From: a virus
Taxonomy: Duplodnaviria > Caudoviricetes
Direction: 5' to 3' (one strand)
Length of the DNA: 52,667 bases
Virus record (IMG/VR): IMGVR_UViG_3300008740_000012
Location: 1-52,667 of that record
Shown here piece by piece: positions 20,513-29,532 of the stretch. The stretch's first letter is position 1. Each line of letters opens with the position of its first letter. The position numbers and the translations under genes are program-made. The notes beneath the pieces were generated by a model that was given only the letters and a program-made list of their open reading frames with translations, was not told the DNA's origin and did not search any database.

Positions 20513-22297
20513 ATGCCTTTTCAAGTTTCACCCGGAGTAAATGTATCCGAAATTGATTTGACGACAGTAATTCCTGCCGTATCAACCAGTGTTGGTGCAT
20601 TTGCAGGACGATTTCAATGGGGACCATGCGAAGTTTCAACGCTTGTAGGATCGGAAGTTGCTCTCGTTGATCAATTTTTTAAGCCAGATTCAAATACATA
20701 TGTTGACTTTCTTACTGCCGCAAATTTCTTGGCATATTCAAATGCTCTTAGAGTTGTTCGTGTTGTCGATGATACATCAACAACTGGAGCAATCAATGCA
20801 CAAGAAGGAGCAAAAGCAGGAACCGATACAGGGCTTTTGATTAAGAACCAAGAACATTTTGACAGTGGTACTTTGTCTTTTGCAAATACCTTTTATGCCA
20901 AGTATCCGGGGGCCCTTGGAAATGATTTGACGGTTGAATTGTGTGATGATCCGGGCGGCGCTGCCGCAGGGGGCTGGAAAGATTGGTGGCCCAACACATA
21001 TTTTGATTCGGCTCCGAATACATCGGTTTATGCCTCCACAAGAGGCGTTTCAAATGACGAAATTCATGTTGCCATCATTGACTCTCCAACAGGAACTTTT
21101 TCTGGAACTGCCAATGGAGTTCTTGAACTCTATCCATTCTTGTCCAAGGGAGCAGATGTAAGAAATTCTTCTGGAGATTTGATTCACTGGAAGACATACA
21201 TCAACAACAATTCCAAATATATCCGAATTGGAAATGAAACTGCCAGGACAAATGCAACATATGGAATGACAATCTCAGAAATTATTGCAGATGGAAAAAC
21301 TTATTATGGCGATCTTGCATCAGACCAAATTGATGGTGGTAAACTTTCAATAAGACTTCAGAGCGGAAGTGATGGCGCAATTGCATCAGCAGATTATGTT
21401 AGAGGATATGAGGTTTTTTCAGATTCTGATCAAGAAGATGTTTCTCTCATCATGGCAGGTGGCGGTGGAGCACCGGGAATATCGGACGAAACTCAAAGAA
21501 ACACAGTTATCAAGAAAGCCATTGATATTTCAGACACAAGAAAAGATGCAGTAACATTCTATTCACCACAACAAGAGGACTCTGGGGCGGCATCTGCTGC
21601 ACTCAAGTTGGCTGCGGTCAGGGATTTCCGAATGAATGGCACCAACAAAAATACCTCATATGCATTCATGGACAGTGGTTGGAAATATCAGTACGACAAG
21701 TACAATGATGTATATCGTTGGGTTCCTTTGAATGGTGACATTGCTGGTCTTGCTGCAAGAACAGACAATCAACGAGATGCATGGTGGAGTCCTGCCGGAT
21801 ACAATCGAGGGCAGATTAAGAACCTTGTCAAAGTGGCATACAATCCTTCAAAGGCACATCGTGATGATCTTTATCAGAAGCAAATCAATCCTGTGGTCAC
21901 ATTCCCAGGACAAGGAACGATTTTGTTTGGTGACAAAACATCACTAACAAGACCAAGTGCTTTTGATAGAATCAATGTTCGACGACTATTCATTGTACTA
22001 GAGAAGGCAATTTCTACTGCTGCCAAGTTCTCACTCTTTGAGTTTAATGATGCCTTTACTCGCGCACAATTCCGAAACATGGTTGATCCATTCCTTCGGG
22101 ATGTCAAGGGTCGAAGGGGAATCAATGAGTTCAAGGTGGTCTGCGATGAAACAAACAACCCAGGAAGTGTAATTGACAGAAACGAATTTGTTGGAGACAT
22201 CTATATTAAACCAGTTCGATCAATCAATTTTATTCAATTGAATTTTATTGCAGTTTCAACTGGTGTTGAATTCTCAGAAGTTGTAGGAAAATTCTAG
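20513..22297 (+). CDS. gp18: Tail sheath protein gp18
   Basis: SPGVNVSEIDLT, WWSPAGYNRG, FDRINVRRLF, FEFND motifs. Start refined to ATG 20513 after AAGGAG. Confidence 0.97.
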   Translation: MPFQVSPGVNVSEIDLTTVIPAVSTSVGAFAGRFQWGPCEVSTLVGSEVALVDQFFKPDSNTYVDFLTAANFLAYSNALRVVRVVDDTSTTGAINAQEGAKAGTDTGLLIKNQEHFDSGTLSFANTFYAKYPGALGNDLTVELCDDPGGAAAGGWKDWWPNTYFDSAPNTSVYASTRGVSNDEIHVAIIDSPTGTFSGTANGVLELYPFLSKGADVRNSSGDLIHWKTYINNNSKYIRIGNETARTNATYGMTISEIIADGKTYYGDLASDQIDGGKLSIRLQSGSDGAIASADYVRGYEVFSDSDQEDVSLIMAGGGGAPGISDETQRNTVIKKAIDISDTRKDAVTFYSPQQEDSGAASAALKLAAVRDFRMNGTNKNTSYAFMDSGWKYQYDKYNDVYRWVPLNGDIAGLAARTDNQRDAWWSPAGYNRGQIKNLVKVAYNPSKAHRDDLYQKQINPVVTFPGQGTILFGDKTSLTRPSAFDRINVRRLFIVLEKAISTAAKFSLFEFNDAFTRAQFRNMVDPFLRDVKGRRGINEFKVVCDETNNPGSVIDRNEFVGDIYIKPVRSINFIQLNFIAVSTGVEFSEVVGKF

Positions 22298-22305
22298 GGT
22301 TGGCA

Positions 22306-22313
22306 TATAAATA
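22306..22313 (+). promoter_or_regulatory. Late promoter TATAAATA (gp19)
   Basis: Exact consensus. Confidence 0.85.
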
Positions 22314-22344
22314 TATTAGGATACTCAAACAAGGAGATTAACTA

Positions 22345-22887
22345 ATGCCTTTTTCAATTAATAACTTTAGAGCGCAACTCACTGGTCAGGGCGCTCGTCC
22401 TAATTTGTTTGAGGTTACTGTTCCCTTTCCGGGTGGTATTTTTTCTGGCGAAGCAGGAAATAAAATGACTTTTATGTGCAAGGGTGCTCAAATTCCCGGT
22501 GCAGATATTGGTTTGGTTGAAGTTCCATACTTTGGTCGAAATATTAAATTGGCAGGAAATAGAACATTTGCCGAATGGACAACTACTGTCATTAATGATG
22601 AAGATTTTGCCGTACATGGAGCACTCACCAATTGGATGAATGGGATTAATAATCATGGTGAAAATCTAAGGACTCTTGATGGAACTGATTATCAAGTGGA
22701 TGCACAGGTAACTCATTACAAAAAAGAGGGTGACGTTGCAAAAGAAATTACAATAGTCAATGCCTGGCCTGCATCGGTTGCTGCCATTGAGTTGGGATGG
22801 GATACCAATGACGCAATTGAAGAGTTTACTGTTACTTGGCAATATGATTATTGGCAGATTGCAGACAACATATCTCAAACAAATTAA
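22345..22887 (+). CDS. gp19: Tail tube protein gp19
   Basis: GARPNLFEV, GRNIKLAGNRTF.EWT.TVIND, IEEFTVTWQYDYW. Confidence 0.96.
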   Translation: MPFSINNFRAQLTGQGARPNLFEVTVPFPGGIFSGEAGNKMTFMCKGAQIPGADIGLVEVPYFGRNIKLAGNRTFAEWTTTVINDEDFAVHGALTNWMNGINNHGENLRTLDGTDYQVDAQVTHYKKEGDVAKEITIVNAWPASVAAIELGWDTNDAIEEFTVTWQYDYWQIADNISQTN

Positions 22888-22892
22888 ACATT

Positions 22893-22950
22893 AACCTGTC
22901 TGATGGGAGAGCATATATAGTTAGTATATTACAACTCCATCAGAAAGGTT
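22893..22950 (+). promoter_or_regulatory. RNA hairpin covering the gp20 Shine-Dalgarno, with a late-promoter-like CATATATA in its loop
   Basis: AACCTGTCTGATGGGAG (22893-22909) pairs with CTCCATCAGAAAGGTT (22935-22950). ATG at 22958. Confidence 0.65.
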
Positions 22951-22957
22951 TTATCTT

Positions 22958-24661
22958 ATGGCAAAAATTCTAGGATTCACGATAGGAAGAGACAAAGAGA
23001 AAGTCCCCGAAGAGAGACTTCAACCTTTTTCTTTACCCGACAATCAAGATGCATCACTTGAAGTTCAGGGACCGACTGTTACTGGTGGTGCCTATGGAAC
23101 ATATCTTGACCTTGAAGGCACGGTCAAGAATGAGATTGAGTTAATCACTCGCTATCGTGAAATGGCAATGAATCCTGAAGTTGAACTTGCCATTGATGAT
23201 ATTGTCAACGAATCGGTCATCACCGAACAAGGGAAATCTCCGGTTGCCATATCCCTTGGCAACATTGATATTCCAGATTCCATCAAAACCAAGATTGCAG
23301 ATGAATTTGATGAGGTTCTGCGTCTTCTCGCATTTCATGAATATGCATATGATATATTCAAGAAATGGTATGTTGATGGCCGATTGTATTATCATGTCAT
23401 GATTGACAGCAAGAACCCAAAAGATGGAATTCAAGAGCTTCGTGCAATTGACCCCAGAAAGATCAAAAAGGCAAGAGAAGTCAAAGGTCAGAAGGTCAAT
23501 GGAGACAAATTGGTTTCACTTCCGCGAAACGTAACAGAATATTACCTATACTATCCCGGTGGAATAGCAACCCGTGTTGGTGGTATGGGTGGTCCGAATA
23601 CACAACAGGCAATCAAGATTACTGATGATGCAATATGTCATATTCATTCTGGTATTCTTGATGCAGGCAATAAAATGATCCTTGGCAATCTTCATAAGGC
23701 AATCAAACCAATGAATCAATTGAAAATGCTTGAGGATGCAACCGTCATCTACAGACTTTCTCGCGCACCAGAACGACGAATCTTTTACGTCGATGTTGGC
23801 AATCTGCCAAAGGTGAAAGCAGAGCAATATCTCTCCGGTATCATGTCCAAGTTTAAGAACAAAGTGGTTTATGATACCGAATCCGGGGAGGTCCGAGATG
23901 ATCGGAAGCACATGTCAATGCTGGAGGATTTCTGGCTCCCGCGAAGAGAAGGCGGTAGAGGAACAGAAATAACCACCCTCCCCGGTGGGACTAACTTGGG
24001 TGAAATTGAAGATATCATCTACTTCAAGAAGAAACTCTACAAGGCATTAGGTGTTCCTGTTTCAAGGTTGGAACCAGAAGGTTCATTCAGTTTGGGTAGA
24101 GCAACAGAGATCAGCAGAGATGAAGTCAAGTTTGGTAAGTTTGTCAATCGTCTTCGATATCGGTTTACCACACTGTTTGATGATTTGCTCGGAAAGCAAT
24201 TATTGTTAAAGGGCATTTTATCCAAAGAAGATTGGGATGTCATCAAGACACTGGTTGAATATAATTTTCGCCAGGATTCACATTTCTCTGAACTCAAGCA
24301 CACAGAGATTATGCGTGAGCGTCTTGAAATTGCACAGACAATGGATGATTATGTTGGGAAATATTACTCAAAGGTTTGGTTACGCAAGAATGTATTGAAC
24401 CAAACAGAAGAAGAGATGAAGTTAATTGATTCAGAGATGGCAGATGAAATTGAGAGCGGTGAGGTTGATCCATTTGAAGATGAACAGATGGCAATTGACC
24501 AACAGAATAATGGAGTCGGTCCACCTCCTCAACAACAACAACAACAAGAGAAAAACTCTCAAGTTGAAGAGAATGTTTCTACACTAAAGAAAATCAAACT
24601 GGTTCAATCAAGATCAAGGGCTGCTGTGGCAATAAAACAACTTGACGAAGATTTAGAATAA
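22958..24661 (+). CDS. gp20: Portal vertex protein gp20
   Basis: WYVDGR, IYRLSRAPERRIFYVDVGNLPK.KAEQY, EDFWLPRREGGRGTEI.TLPG. Confidence 0.98.
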   Translation: MAKILGFTIGRDKEKVPEERLQPFSLPDNQDASLEVQGPTVTGGAYGTYLDLEGTVKNEIELITRYREMAMNPEVELAIDDIVNESVITEQGKSPVAISLGNIDIPDSIKTKIADEFDEVLRLLAFHEYAYDIFKKWYVDGRLYYHVMIDSKNPKDGIQELRAIDPRKIKKAREVKGQKVNGDKLVSLPRNVTEYYLYYPGGIATRVGGMGGPNTQQAIKITDDAICHIHSGILDAGNKMILGNLHKAIKPMNQLKMLEDATVIYRLSRAPERRIFYVDVGNLPKVKAEQYLSGIMSKFKNKVVYDTESGEVRDDRKHMSMLEDFWLPRREGGRGTEITTLPGGTNLGEIEDIIYFKKKLYKALGVPVSRLEPEGSFSLGRATEISRDEVKFGKFVNRLRYRFTTLFDDLLGKQLLLKGILSKEDWDVIKTLVEYNFRQDSHFSELKHTEIMRERLEIAQTMDDYVGKYYSKVWLRKNVLNQTEEEMKLIDSEMADEIESGEVDPFEDEQMAIDQQNNGVGPPPQQQQQQEKNSQVEENVSTLKKIKLVQSRSRAAVAIKQLDEDLE

Positions 24662-24669
24662 CATAAATA
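24662..24669 (+). promoter_or_regulatory. Late promoter variant CATAAATA
   Basis: One mismatch to consensus, intergenic, upstream of the core/gp21 genes. Confidence 0.6.
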
Positions 24670-24701
24670 ATAGACACAACATCTTTAGGGAGAAATATAT
24701 C

Positions 24702-24887
24702 ATGAAGGACACAATCAAAGCTGCTATTGTAGATGCAATGGAAGAAAATCCAAATGAAATGCAAGATAAGATTAATGCTGCTCTTGGAGCAAAGGTCGCT
24801 GATGCACTAAAGACCAAGAAGATGGAAATTTCAAACAATTGGTTAAATGATATTCAGCCAGAAGAAAATGGAGAAGACGAAGAATGA
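24702..24887 (+). CDS. Small prohead core protein (gp67/gp68-like position)
   Basis: 61 aa with acidic tail, between portal and protease. Confidence 0.7.
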   Translation: MKDTIKAAIVDAMEENPNEMQDKINAALGAKVADALKTKKMEISNNWLNDIQPEENGEDEE

Positions 24888-25537
24888 AACTATTCATTGA
24901 GACAGTAGATGACAACAATGTTGAATTCATCACTGAAGAAAATGCCGAAGGTAAAAAGGATCATTACATCAGAGGCGTTTTCATGCAAGCCGAGCAAAAG
25001 AATCGTAACGGGCGCGTCTATCCAAAAAAGATATTAGACGAACAGGTCAACAAGTATATCAACAATTATATCTATCAAAATAGGGCATTCGGTGAACTTG
25101 GTCATCCTGACGGTCCTGTTGTTAATCTTGAGCGTGTGTCACACATGATCAAGGAACTGAGAGAAGATGGAAACAATTGGGTTGGCAAGGCAAAGATCAT
25201 GGATACTCCCTATGGTAAGATTGTAAAGAATCTTATTGATGAGGGTGCAAAGTTGGGTGTTTCCTCTCGCGGAATGGGGTCGCTCAAGAATATCAAAGGA
25301 ACCAATGTTGTACAAGATGATTTCTATCTTGCTACTGCTGCCGATATTGTTGCAGACCCGTCTGCACCAGAGGCATTTGTTGAAGGCGTCATGGAAGGAA
25401 AAGAATGGGTTTGGGAAAATGGAATAATTAAGGAACGTGAAATTGAAATATATAGAAATGAAATAACAAAAGCAAAAAGGAAGAATTTGGAAGAAACAAA
25501 ACTAGCATTGTTCAAATCCTTTATGTCAAAATTATAG
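24884..25537 (+). CDS. gp21: Prohead protease gp21
   Basis: KNRNGRVYP, GELGHP, LGVSSRGMGS, DIVADPSAP.AFV. Confidence 0.97.
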   Translation: MKLFIETVDDNNVEFITEENAEGKKDHYIRGVFMQAEQKNRNGRVYPKKILDEQVNKYINNYIYQNRAFGELGHPDGPVVNLERVSHMIKELREDGNNWVGKAKIMDTPYGKIVKNLIDEGAKLGVSSRGMGSLKNIKGTNVVQDDFYLATAADIVADPSAPEAFVEGVMEGKEWVWENGIIKEREIEIYRNEITKAKRKNLEETKLALFKSFMSKL

Positions 25538-25541
25538 GATT

Positions 25542-25549
25542 TATAAATA
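25542..25549 (+). promoter_or_regulatory. Late promoter TATAAATA (gp22)
   Basis: Exact consensus. Confidence 0.85.
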
Positions 25550-25599
25550 TGTTAGAATAAGCTTTGGAATTTTCCATTCTTTTTAAGGAGATGGACATA

Positions 25600-26880
25600 A
25601 TGTCAACCGAACAACAGATTATAGAAGAGTCCTTGGTAGACGAAGAAATTGACCAGATTGCAAATGAAATTGCAGCAGAGCTAGAGTCGGAACTATCCGA
25701 GGCACAGCCCGCTGCTGGCAATCCTGCTCCTGCCGATGCTTCACCAAGTAAGCCCGGTGGTGGTGGTACTGGTGATGCTCCTGAACAAAAGCAGGTAGGT
25801 AAAACCAAGGAATTGAAGGGCAATAAACTATCCAAGAAGAAGGTCAAGGCTGATGTCAAGACTAAGGGCCAGGGCGATGATCCTTCTGAAATAGAAGTTT
25901 ATGAGGAAGATGAAGCCGACGAAACCGAAAATCAGGTTGTCGAGCAAGAACTTCCCGAAACCAAGCAAGAGATGATTCGTTCAATCTTTGAAACTCTCAA
26001 GAATACCGACCAAGATAAATTGGCTGGTACATATTCCAAGTTAATGGCAACCATTCTTGGTGAATCTTCTGAGGATGAGAATGAAGAGGAGTCTATTGAG
26101 CCTGTTGCATATGAGCGTACAGTCATTACCAGTGAAGACATTGACATTGCCGAAGACCTAAATGCTATCTTTGGAAATCACTCTGATGACTTGTCAGAAG
26201 AGTTCAAGACACAAATCCAAACTGTTTTTGAAGCTGCTGTTGTATCAAAGATCAATTCTGAACTCGAAACATTGGAAGAGTCGTTTACTGCCAAGCTAAA
26301 TAATTCTACAAATGAAATCATCAACGAAGTAACTGAAAAGGTAGACAGCTATCTTTCGTATGTTGTCGAGCAATGGATGAATGACAACGAACTTGCAATT
26401 GAGCGTGGAATCAAGGCAGAGATTACCGAAGAATTCATTGGTGGACTCAAGCAACTCTTTGAAGACCACTATATTGACGTTCCTGAAGAGAAGGTCGATG
26501 TTGTTGACAGTCTTGCTGATCGTGTCGAAGAACTTGAAGGCAAGCTCAATGAAGCAGTAGAGAGTAATATCGAACTTTCCTCACAGGTCAAGTCTTTCCA
26601 GAAGGATGAGATTCTTGGTGAATTGTCTGACGAACTAACAGACATTGAATCCGAGAAGCTAAAGAGTCTTTCTGAAGGCGTAGGCTTTGAAGACTCTGAC
26701 CAATACAAGCAAGCTCTTGGAACAATCAAGGAAAACTATTTTCCACGAACAACTCAAGGAAAGTCAGTTGACATTGATGAAGAGTCTGAAGTTTCTGAAG
26801 AGGGAGTTGTAAACGAAAAGCCTCGCAACACACAAATGCAAGGTTATATTGATGTAATTGGGAGAACTGTTACTGAGTAG
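25600..26880 (+). CDS. gp22: Prohead scaffold protein gp22
   Basis: Very acidic coiled coil, LSEEFK..FEAAV, VDSYLSYVVEQWM, IKENYF. Start refined after AAGGAG. Confidence 0.95.
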   Translation: MSTEQQIIEESLVDEEIDQIANEIAAELESELSEAQPAAGNPAPADASPSKPGGGGTGDAPEQKQVGKTKELKGNKLSKKKVKADVKTKGQGDDPSEIEVYEEDEADETENQVVEQELPETKQEMIRSIFETLKNTDQDKLAGTYSKLMATILGESSEDENEEESIEPVAYERTVITSEDIDIAEDLNAIFGNHSDDLSEEFKTQIQTVFEAAVVSKINSELETLEESFTAKLNNSTNEIINEVTEKVDSYLSYVVEQWMNDNELAIERGIKAEITEEFIGGLKQLFEDHYIDVPEEKVDVVDSLADRVEELEGKLNEAVESNIELSSQVKSFQKDEILGELSDELTDIESEKLKSLSEGVGFEDSDQYKQALGTIKENYFPRTTQGKSVDIDEESEVSEEGVVNEKPRNTQMQGYIDVIGRTVTE

Positions 26881-26893
26881 AAAATTGATATTT

Positions 26894-26901
26894 TATAAAT
26901 A
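26894..26901 (+). promoter_or_regulatory. Late promoter TATAAATA (gp23)
   Basis: Exact consensus, followed by a short leader hairpin TGTTGAAT/ATTCAACA (26915-26937). Confidence 0.85.
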
Positions 26902-26962
26902 AGAGTTAGGATACTGTTGAATTTTATATATTCAACAAACAAATTTTCAAGGAGAAAAACAC

Positions 26963-28339
26963 ATGTTGAATGAAGAACTAGTTCAAAAATGGCAGCCCGT
27001 TCTTGATCACTCGGATCTTCCCGAAATTAAGAATCATTACCGAAAGGTTGTGACTGCACACATGCTTGAGCAGCAGGAAAATGCTCTCAGGGAGCAGGCA
27101 TCGGTTACGGGTGCTGGATCTGCCAGTCTCCTTGGTGAATCAGCCGTACCAACCACAATTGCTGGTGACGGCGGTATCACTTCTGGTAACGTACAGAATT
27201 TTGATCCCGTACTTATCAGTCTTGTGCGTCGTACTGCACCAAACCTAATCGCCTTTGACATCATGGGTGTTCAGCCAATGAGCGGACCAACTGGTCTGAT
27301 CTTTGCGTTGCGACCAACTTATTCTACGGATGCACAGACATCAGGAAATGAGGGTGCAAACGCATTTTACAATGAAGCAAACACTGGCTTCTCTGCTGGC
27401 AAGGCAGGAAATCTTCCTGCATGGGCAGAAGGTTCCGCAAATGCTATGTTCCGTGAAGGCGAAACAGAAGAAGGTCTTGCAGACATTAAAGCTGGTGCTG
27501 CAACAGCAACTGCCGAGCTTTGGGGAACAACTGGTGATGTTATTCCATCCATGTCATTCAAGATTGACAAGACTTCGGTTACTGCTGTTACTCGCGCTCT
27601 CAAGGCAGAGTATTCAGTAGAACTTGCACAGGACTTGAAGGCAATTCATGGTCTTGATGCAGAAACCGAGCTTGCAAACATCCTTACGACTGAGATCAAT
27701 GCAGAAATCAATCGTGAGATCGTTCGCTCAATCTATACGACATGCACAGGCGTTACTGGTATTGATGCTCGCGCATCACGTCCTACTGGTAACAGCGATT
27801 TTGGCCACCCCAGCCTTGGTGTTCTTGACGGTCGTTGGCTCGTCGAGCGTTTCAAGGCACTCGTCTACAAGGTAGAGACTGAAGCCAATGCAATCGCAAA
27901 GAATACCCGTCGAGGCAAGGGTAACTTCATCATCTGTTCTTCAGATGTTGCATCTGCCCTCGCAACTGCTGGCGTTCTTGACCCAACCCCTGCTCTTACA
28001 GTAGATGACACCGGGTCAACCTTTGCAGGCACAATCGGTTCTGGAATGAAGGTCTACATTGACCCCTATTCCTACACTGGAGATGACTTCATCGTTGTTG
28101 GTTACAAGGGAACCAGCCCATACGATGCGGGTATGTTCTACTGCCCATACGTTCCACTCCAGATGGTCCGTGCAATTGGTGAGGATAACTTCCAGCCAAA
28201 GATCGGATTCAAGACTCGATACGGTGTTGGCGTGAATCCATTCGCAACTGACTATGGCACGGCTGTAAGAGATATTGGCAAGAACAACCGATACTACAGA
28301 GGCTTTGGAATAACGTACCTTAACGGTGCAACTATCTAA
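26963..28339 (+). CDS. gp23: Major capsid protein gp23
   Basis: KWQPVL, GVQPMSGPTGLIFALR, RALKAEYS.ELAQDLKAIHGLDAE.EL, FYCPYVPL, FQPKIGFKTRYG. Confidence 0.99.
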   Translation: MLNEELVQKWQPVLDHSDLPEIKNHYRKVVTAHMLEQQENALREQASVTGAGSASLLGESAVPTTIAGDGGITSGNVQNFDPVLISLVRRTAPNLIAFDIMGVQPMSGPTGLIFALRPTYSTDAQTSGNEGANAFYNEANTGFSAGKAGNLPAWAEGSANAMFREGETEEGLADIKAGAATATAELWGTTGDVIPSMSFKIDKTSVTAVTRALKAEYSVELAQDLKAIHGLDAETELANILTTEINAEINREIVRSIYTTCTGVTGIDARASRPTGNSDFGHPSLGVLDGRWLVERFKALVYKVETEANAIAKNTRRGKGNFIICSSDVASALATAGVLDPTPALTVDDTGSTFAGTIGSGMKVYIDPYSYTGDDFIVVGYKGTSPYDAGMFYCPYVPLQMVRAIGEDNFQPKIGFKTRYGVGVNPFATDYGTAVRDIGKNNRYYRGFGITYLNGATI

Positions 28340-28365
28340 CACCAACGTTAGTATCATCTAAAAGA

Positions 28366-28406
28366 AATCAGGGAGTGTCCATCACGGATGCTCCCTGATT
28401 CTTTTT
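28366..28406 (+). terminator. Rho-independent terminator after gp23
   Basis: AATCAGGGAGTGTCC / GGATGCTCCCTGATT stem followed by CTTTTT. Confidence 0.8.
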
Positions 28407-28445
28407 CGGCCTTTCCTAAATATATACAGGAGGAGAATTGAACAA

Positions 28446-28955
28446 ATGGCAAAAACATATTCATCACAACCAGACAACATTAATTTCTTATCTCCTGTTG
28501 GATTCAAATTCAACATAGAATTCCTACCTCTGACAAATTACTTCTTGACATCTGCAAATCTCCCAGGGATTTCATTGGCAGAGGTCAATCAACCCACACC
28601 ACTCATGCAAACTCAAGTTCCGGGCAATGATCTTGTATTTGATCCGTTGAATATAACTTTCCTTGTTGATGAAAATTTGAATAACTGGAGAGAACTTTAC
28701 GATTGGTTATTTGGTCTTGGGTTTCCATCCGAGTATCCTGAATATAAAAACCAAAAATACAATAAGACAATATATTCAGATGCAACCCTAAGTATATTGA
28801 ATTCCAATATGAATGTTAATTATAATATATTATTTAAGGACTTGTTTCCTACAAACCTGTCAGAGCTATCCTTTGATTCGGCTTCCACCGATGTTGAAGG
28901 AATGAAAGCAACGGCAACTTTCAGATATCTTACATATTCTTATGAAAAAGTATGA
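28446..28955 (+). CDS. gp3: Tail tube terminator/tail completion protein gp3
   Basis: NFLSPVGFKF, ANLPGI, FLVDENL.NW.E, SDATL.ILNS, FPT.LS. Synteny before uvsY. Confidence 0.9.
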   Translation: MAKTYSSQPDNINFLSPVGFKFNIEFLPLTNYFLTSANLPGISLAEVNQPTPLMQTQVPGNDLVFDPLNITFLVDENLNNWRELYDWLFGLGFPSEYPEYKNQKYNKTIYSDATLSILNSNMNVNYNILFKDLFPTNLSELSFDSASTDVEGMKATATFRYLTYSYEKV

Positions 28956-28963
28956 TTTGCCCC

Positions 28964-28991
28964 TTGACAAGAAATCTGTAAATGGTATACT
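28964..28991 (+). promoter_or_regulatory. Host sigma70-type (early/middle) promoter
   Basis: TTGACA-16 bp-TATACT with extended -10 TG, upstream of uvsY. Confidence 0.8.
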
Positions 28992-29074
28992 ATACACAAT
29001 TTCAGACGTGGGCGGACATCTGTTGGTTCGAGCAGTTGTTGTTATTTAATATAATATAAGGAGTATATTTAAAT

Positions 29075-29530
29075 ATGAATCTTATTGAAGTTACTCATAT
29101 TGAAGACATCTATGAGATGTGGAACAAAGACAGCAAAATTGACACTTTGACGTTGGATGAAGAAAGCATTAAGACTCCTGCTCTGCATTCCAAGTATGTT
29201 CGTATGCTCGGTGACGAGAGACGACAACTAAAGCGAATGCTCTATACACACAAAGTTCTTGAAAAAGACAAGAGTGAATATTATCGAGGAGCGATGTGTG
29301 AGGAGGATTTGGCTGCGCGTGGATGGGAACCATTTGATGTAAGGATATTGAAAACCGACATTCCAAAGTATGTTGACGGGGACAAGGATGTCGTAAAGCA
29401 TCTGATTCAAATCTCTGACCAGAACGAAAAGGTTGAGTTGTTGATTTCCATCTTGAAGACAATCAATAGCAGAAATTGGGATATCCGAAATGCAATCGAA
29501 TGGCGCAAGTTTCTTGGTGGAGTCAACTAA
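29075..29530 (+). CDS. uvsY: Recombination mediator UvsY
   Basis: W.KDSKID, P.LHSKY, I.SRNWDIRNAIEWRKF. Confidence 0.92.
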   Translation: MNLIEVTHIEDIYEMWNKDSKIDTLTLDEESIKTPALHSKYVRMLGDERRQLKRMLYTHKVLEKDKSEYYRGAMCEEDLAARGWEPFDVRILKTDIPKYVDGDKDVVKHLIQISDQNEKVELLISILKTINSRNWDIRNAIEWRKFLGGVN

Positions 29531-29532
29531 CA

